64,000 nucleotides of DNA from positions 119,006 to 183,005 of the forward strand of contig JBOEGD010000002.1 of assembly GCA_050633245.1 (NCBI GenBank), in the 5' to 3' direction. The first letter of the stretch is position 1, and each line of letters starts with the position of its first letter. Below the pieces are notes generated by a model, which saw only the letters and a program-made list of their open reading frames with translations, searched no databases and was not told the origin of the DNA. Both the position numbers and the translations under genes were made by a program. Positions 62,669-64,000 of this stretch are shown in pieces. Source of the stretch: Calditrichia bacterium (lineage in GTDB: Bacteria; Calditrichota; Calditrichia; RBG-13-44-9; J075).

Positions 62669-64000
62669 TCATTTCAAATATATCAGCTTGCGCGTCTGAA
62701 TGCCCCTGCTTTTTTCATTGAGTTGGAGCCGGTAAAAGTAAATCCCCGATGCCACTGCCTCACCTTCTCTGTTTCGCCCATCCCACCGCCACTCATAGCT
62801 TCCCGGCGCAACGCTCCTCTGCCGGTAGTTGTGCACAAGACGCCCTTGAATATCGATAATTTGCAACTCAATATCGCTTGCTGTAACCACCGAAAACGGG
62901 ATGGTGGTGCTACCGTTAAAGGGATTGGGATAGTTCTGCAGTAGCTCAAATCCGGTTGGCACGTCATCAGATAATTGCTCAATGCCGACGGTATTGCTTT
63001 GCAGGGTGCTGTCCCCGGCAAAAAAGTGCATCCGTCCGCGGAATTCCCCAAAGTTATACCCCGGTTCCCCAACGATTAAATCATCCACCCCGTCCCCGGT
63101 ACGGTCACGGACCCCCACCATGCCGCGGCCAAAAAAAGACCCCGAAGAGGGTTCCAGGATCAGATAATCTTCATCAAAGCCGCTGCTGCCGCCCAAGCGG
63201 ATGTGAGTCAATCCTTTCGTGCCAAACATATTGGGCATGCCGATTCCTAGGTCCGGATAACCGTCCTTGTTTAAATCACCAACATTGAAATAGAATGCTG
63301 CGGCATAAGCATCGAAAGAAGAATCCGGCCATATCAGGTGGAATTCCGGGATAGTGTCGAAAGTAGCTCCACCATTATAGATAAAACCCCCTCCAACAAA
63401 GAGATCCTCATAACCATCCAGATTGTAATCAAACGATTCCAACCTCAAAGGAATAAAGCCAAACGTTTCAGGGTCTTGCGAGGGATCGTTCATATGCAAA
63501 TCGTAGTTGGTGTCAAAAGTAGCGGATCCAAAATAGATACGGATGTATTCAAAGCCAGGCCCAAAACCCCCATCATTGCCCATTAAGACCAGATCATCAT
63601 ACCCGTCTCCATTTAAGTCCCCGGTTGTCACGTCCCAGCCCAAACGAAACCAGATGGAGTCACCTTCAAATACGTAATCCGGCTGCAGGTCAAAAGGATC
63701 ACCGCCCATAAAAATTCGGATCAAACCTGTATAGTTTAAGCTATCTGGCCTTGCCAGGATCACATCATCATACCCGTCCCCGTTTAAGTCTCCTGTGGCT
63801 GCATTTTCAGCACCATAACCCAAGATTAGATCCGGCACACTGTCCATACCCGCCACCAAATGGTGTATGACGGTTGTTGTTCCACTGCCAAAATAGGGCT
63901 GAATAAATTCCTGAATACCATCCCCATTAAGGTCAGCAATCATTGCATCAATAGAAATTTCACCGAACCCAAATCGACCCATTTCACGAAACACAATTTC
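62669..64000 (-). CDS. FG-GAP repeat protein with an FlgD-Ig/T9SS type A-like C-terminal domain (5' end beyond the window)
   Basis: Repeated GDLNGDGYDD Ca-binding motifs; C-terminal QNYPNPFN...WDGRN...ASGIYFYRL; frame open to 64000. Confidence 0.9.
   Translation of the reverse strand, partial: EIVFREMGRFGFGEISIDAMIADLNGDGIQEFIQPYFGSGTTTVIHHLVAGMDSVPDLILGYGAENAATGDLNGDGYDDVILARPDSLNYTGLIRIFMGGDPFDLQPDYVFEGDSIWFRLGWDVTTGDLNGDGYDDLVLMGNDGGFGPGFEYIRIYFGSATFDTNYDLHMNDPSQDPETFGFIPLRLESFDYNLDGYEDLFVGGGFIYNGGATFDTIPEFHLIWPDSSFDAYAAAFYFNVGDLNKDGYPDLGIGMPNMFGTKGLTHIRLGGSSGFDEDYLILEPSSGSFFGRGMVGVRDRTGDGVDDLIVGEPGYNFGEFRGRMHFFAGDSTLQSNTVGIEQLSDDVPTGFELLQNYPNPFNGSTTIPFSVVTASDIELQIIDIQGRLVHNYRQRSVAPGSYEWRWDGRNREGEAVASGIYFYRLQLNEKSRGIQTRKLIYLK

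Overview
Core-chromosome window of a Gram-negative bacterium, probably Calditrichota or a related FCB-group lineage (inferred from the FlgD/T9SS-type C-terminal domain and gene content; not verified). Most genes lie on the minus strand. Housekeeping genes include ndk, sucCD, arcC, tpiA-pgk-gap, add, secA, nusB, a thiolase, phoH, aspS, the complete F1Fo atp operon, parAB, an M16 peptidase pair and polA. The main non-routine feature is a 10.6 kb cluster directly downstream of atpC that resembles the core of the myxobacterial Agl-Glt adhesion/gliding machinery: two giant periplasmic TPR proteins, a GltF-like protein, ExbB/AglR, two ExbD/AglQS paralogs (only one keeps the proton-carrying Asp) and a GltG/AgmX-type TonB-like protein. 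It ends a ~21 kb co-oriented run, parAB-M23-bactofilin-atp-Glt. Also present are a >2000 aa Ig-repeat surface protein missing from the ORF track, a coiled-coil lipoprotein plus LysM pair, a perfect 17-copy 8-bp tandem repeat with related 7-8 bp repeat mosaics, and several small orphan ORFs. I recognised no rRNA, tRNA, CRISPR array, integrase or transposase. All calls come from reading motifs by eye; no database search was run.
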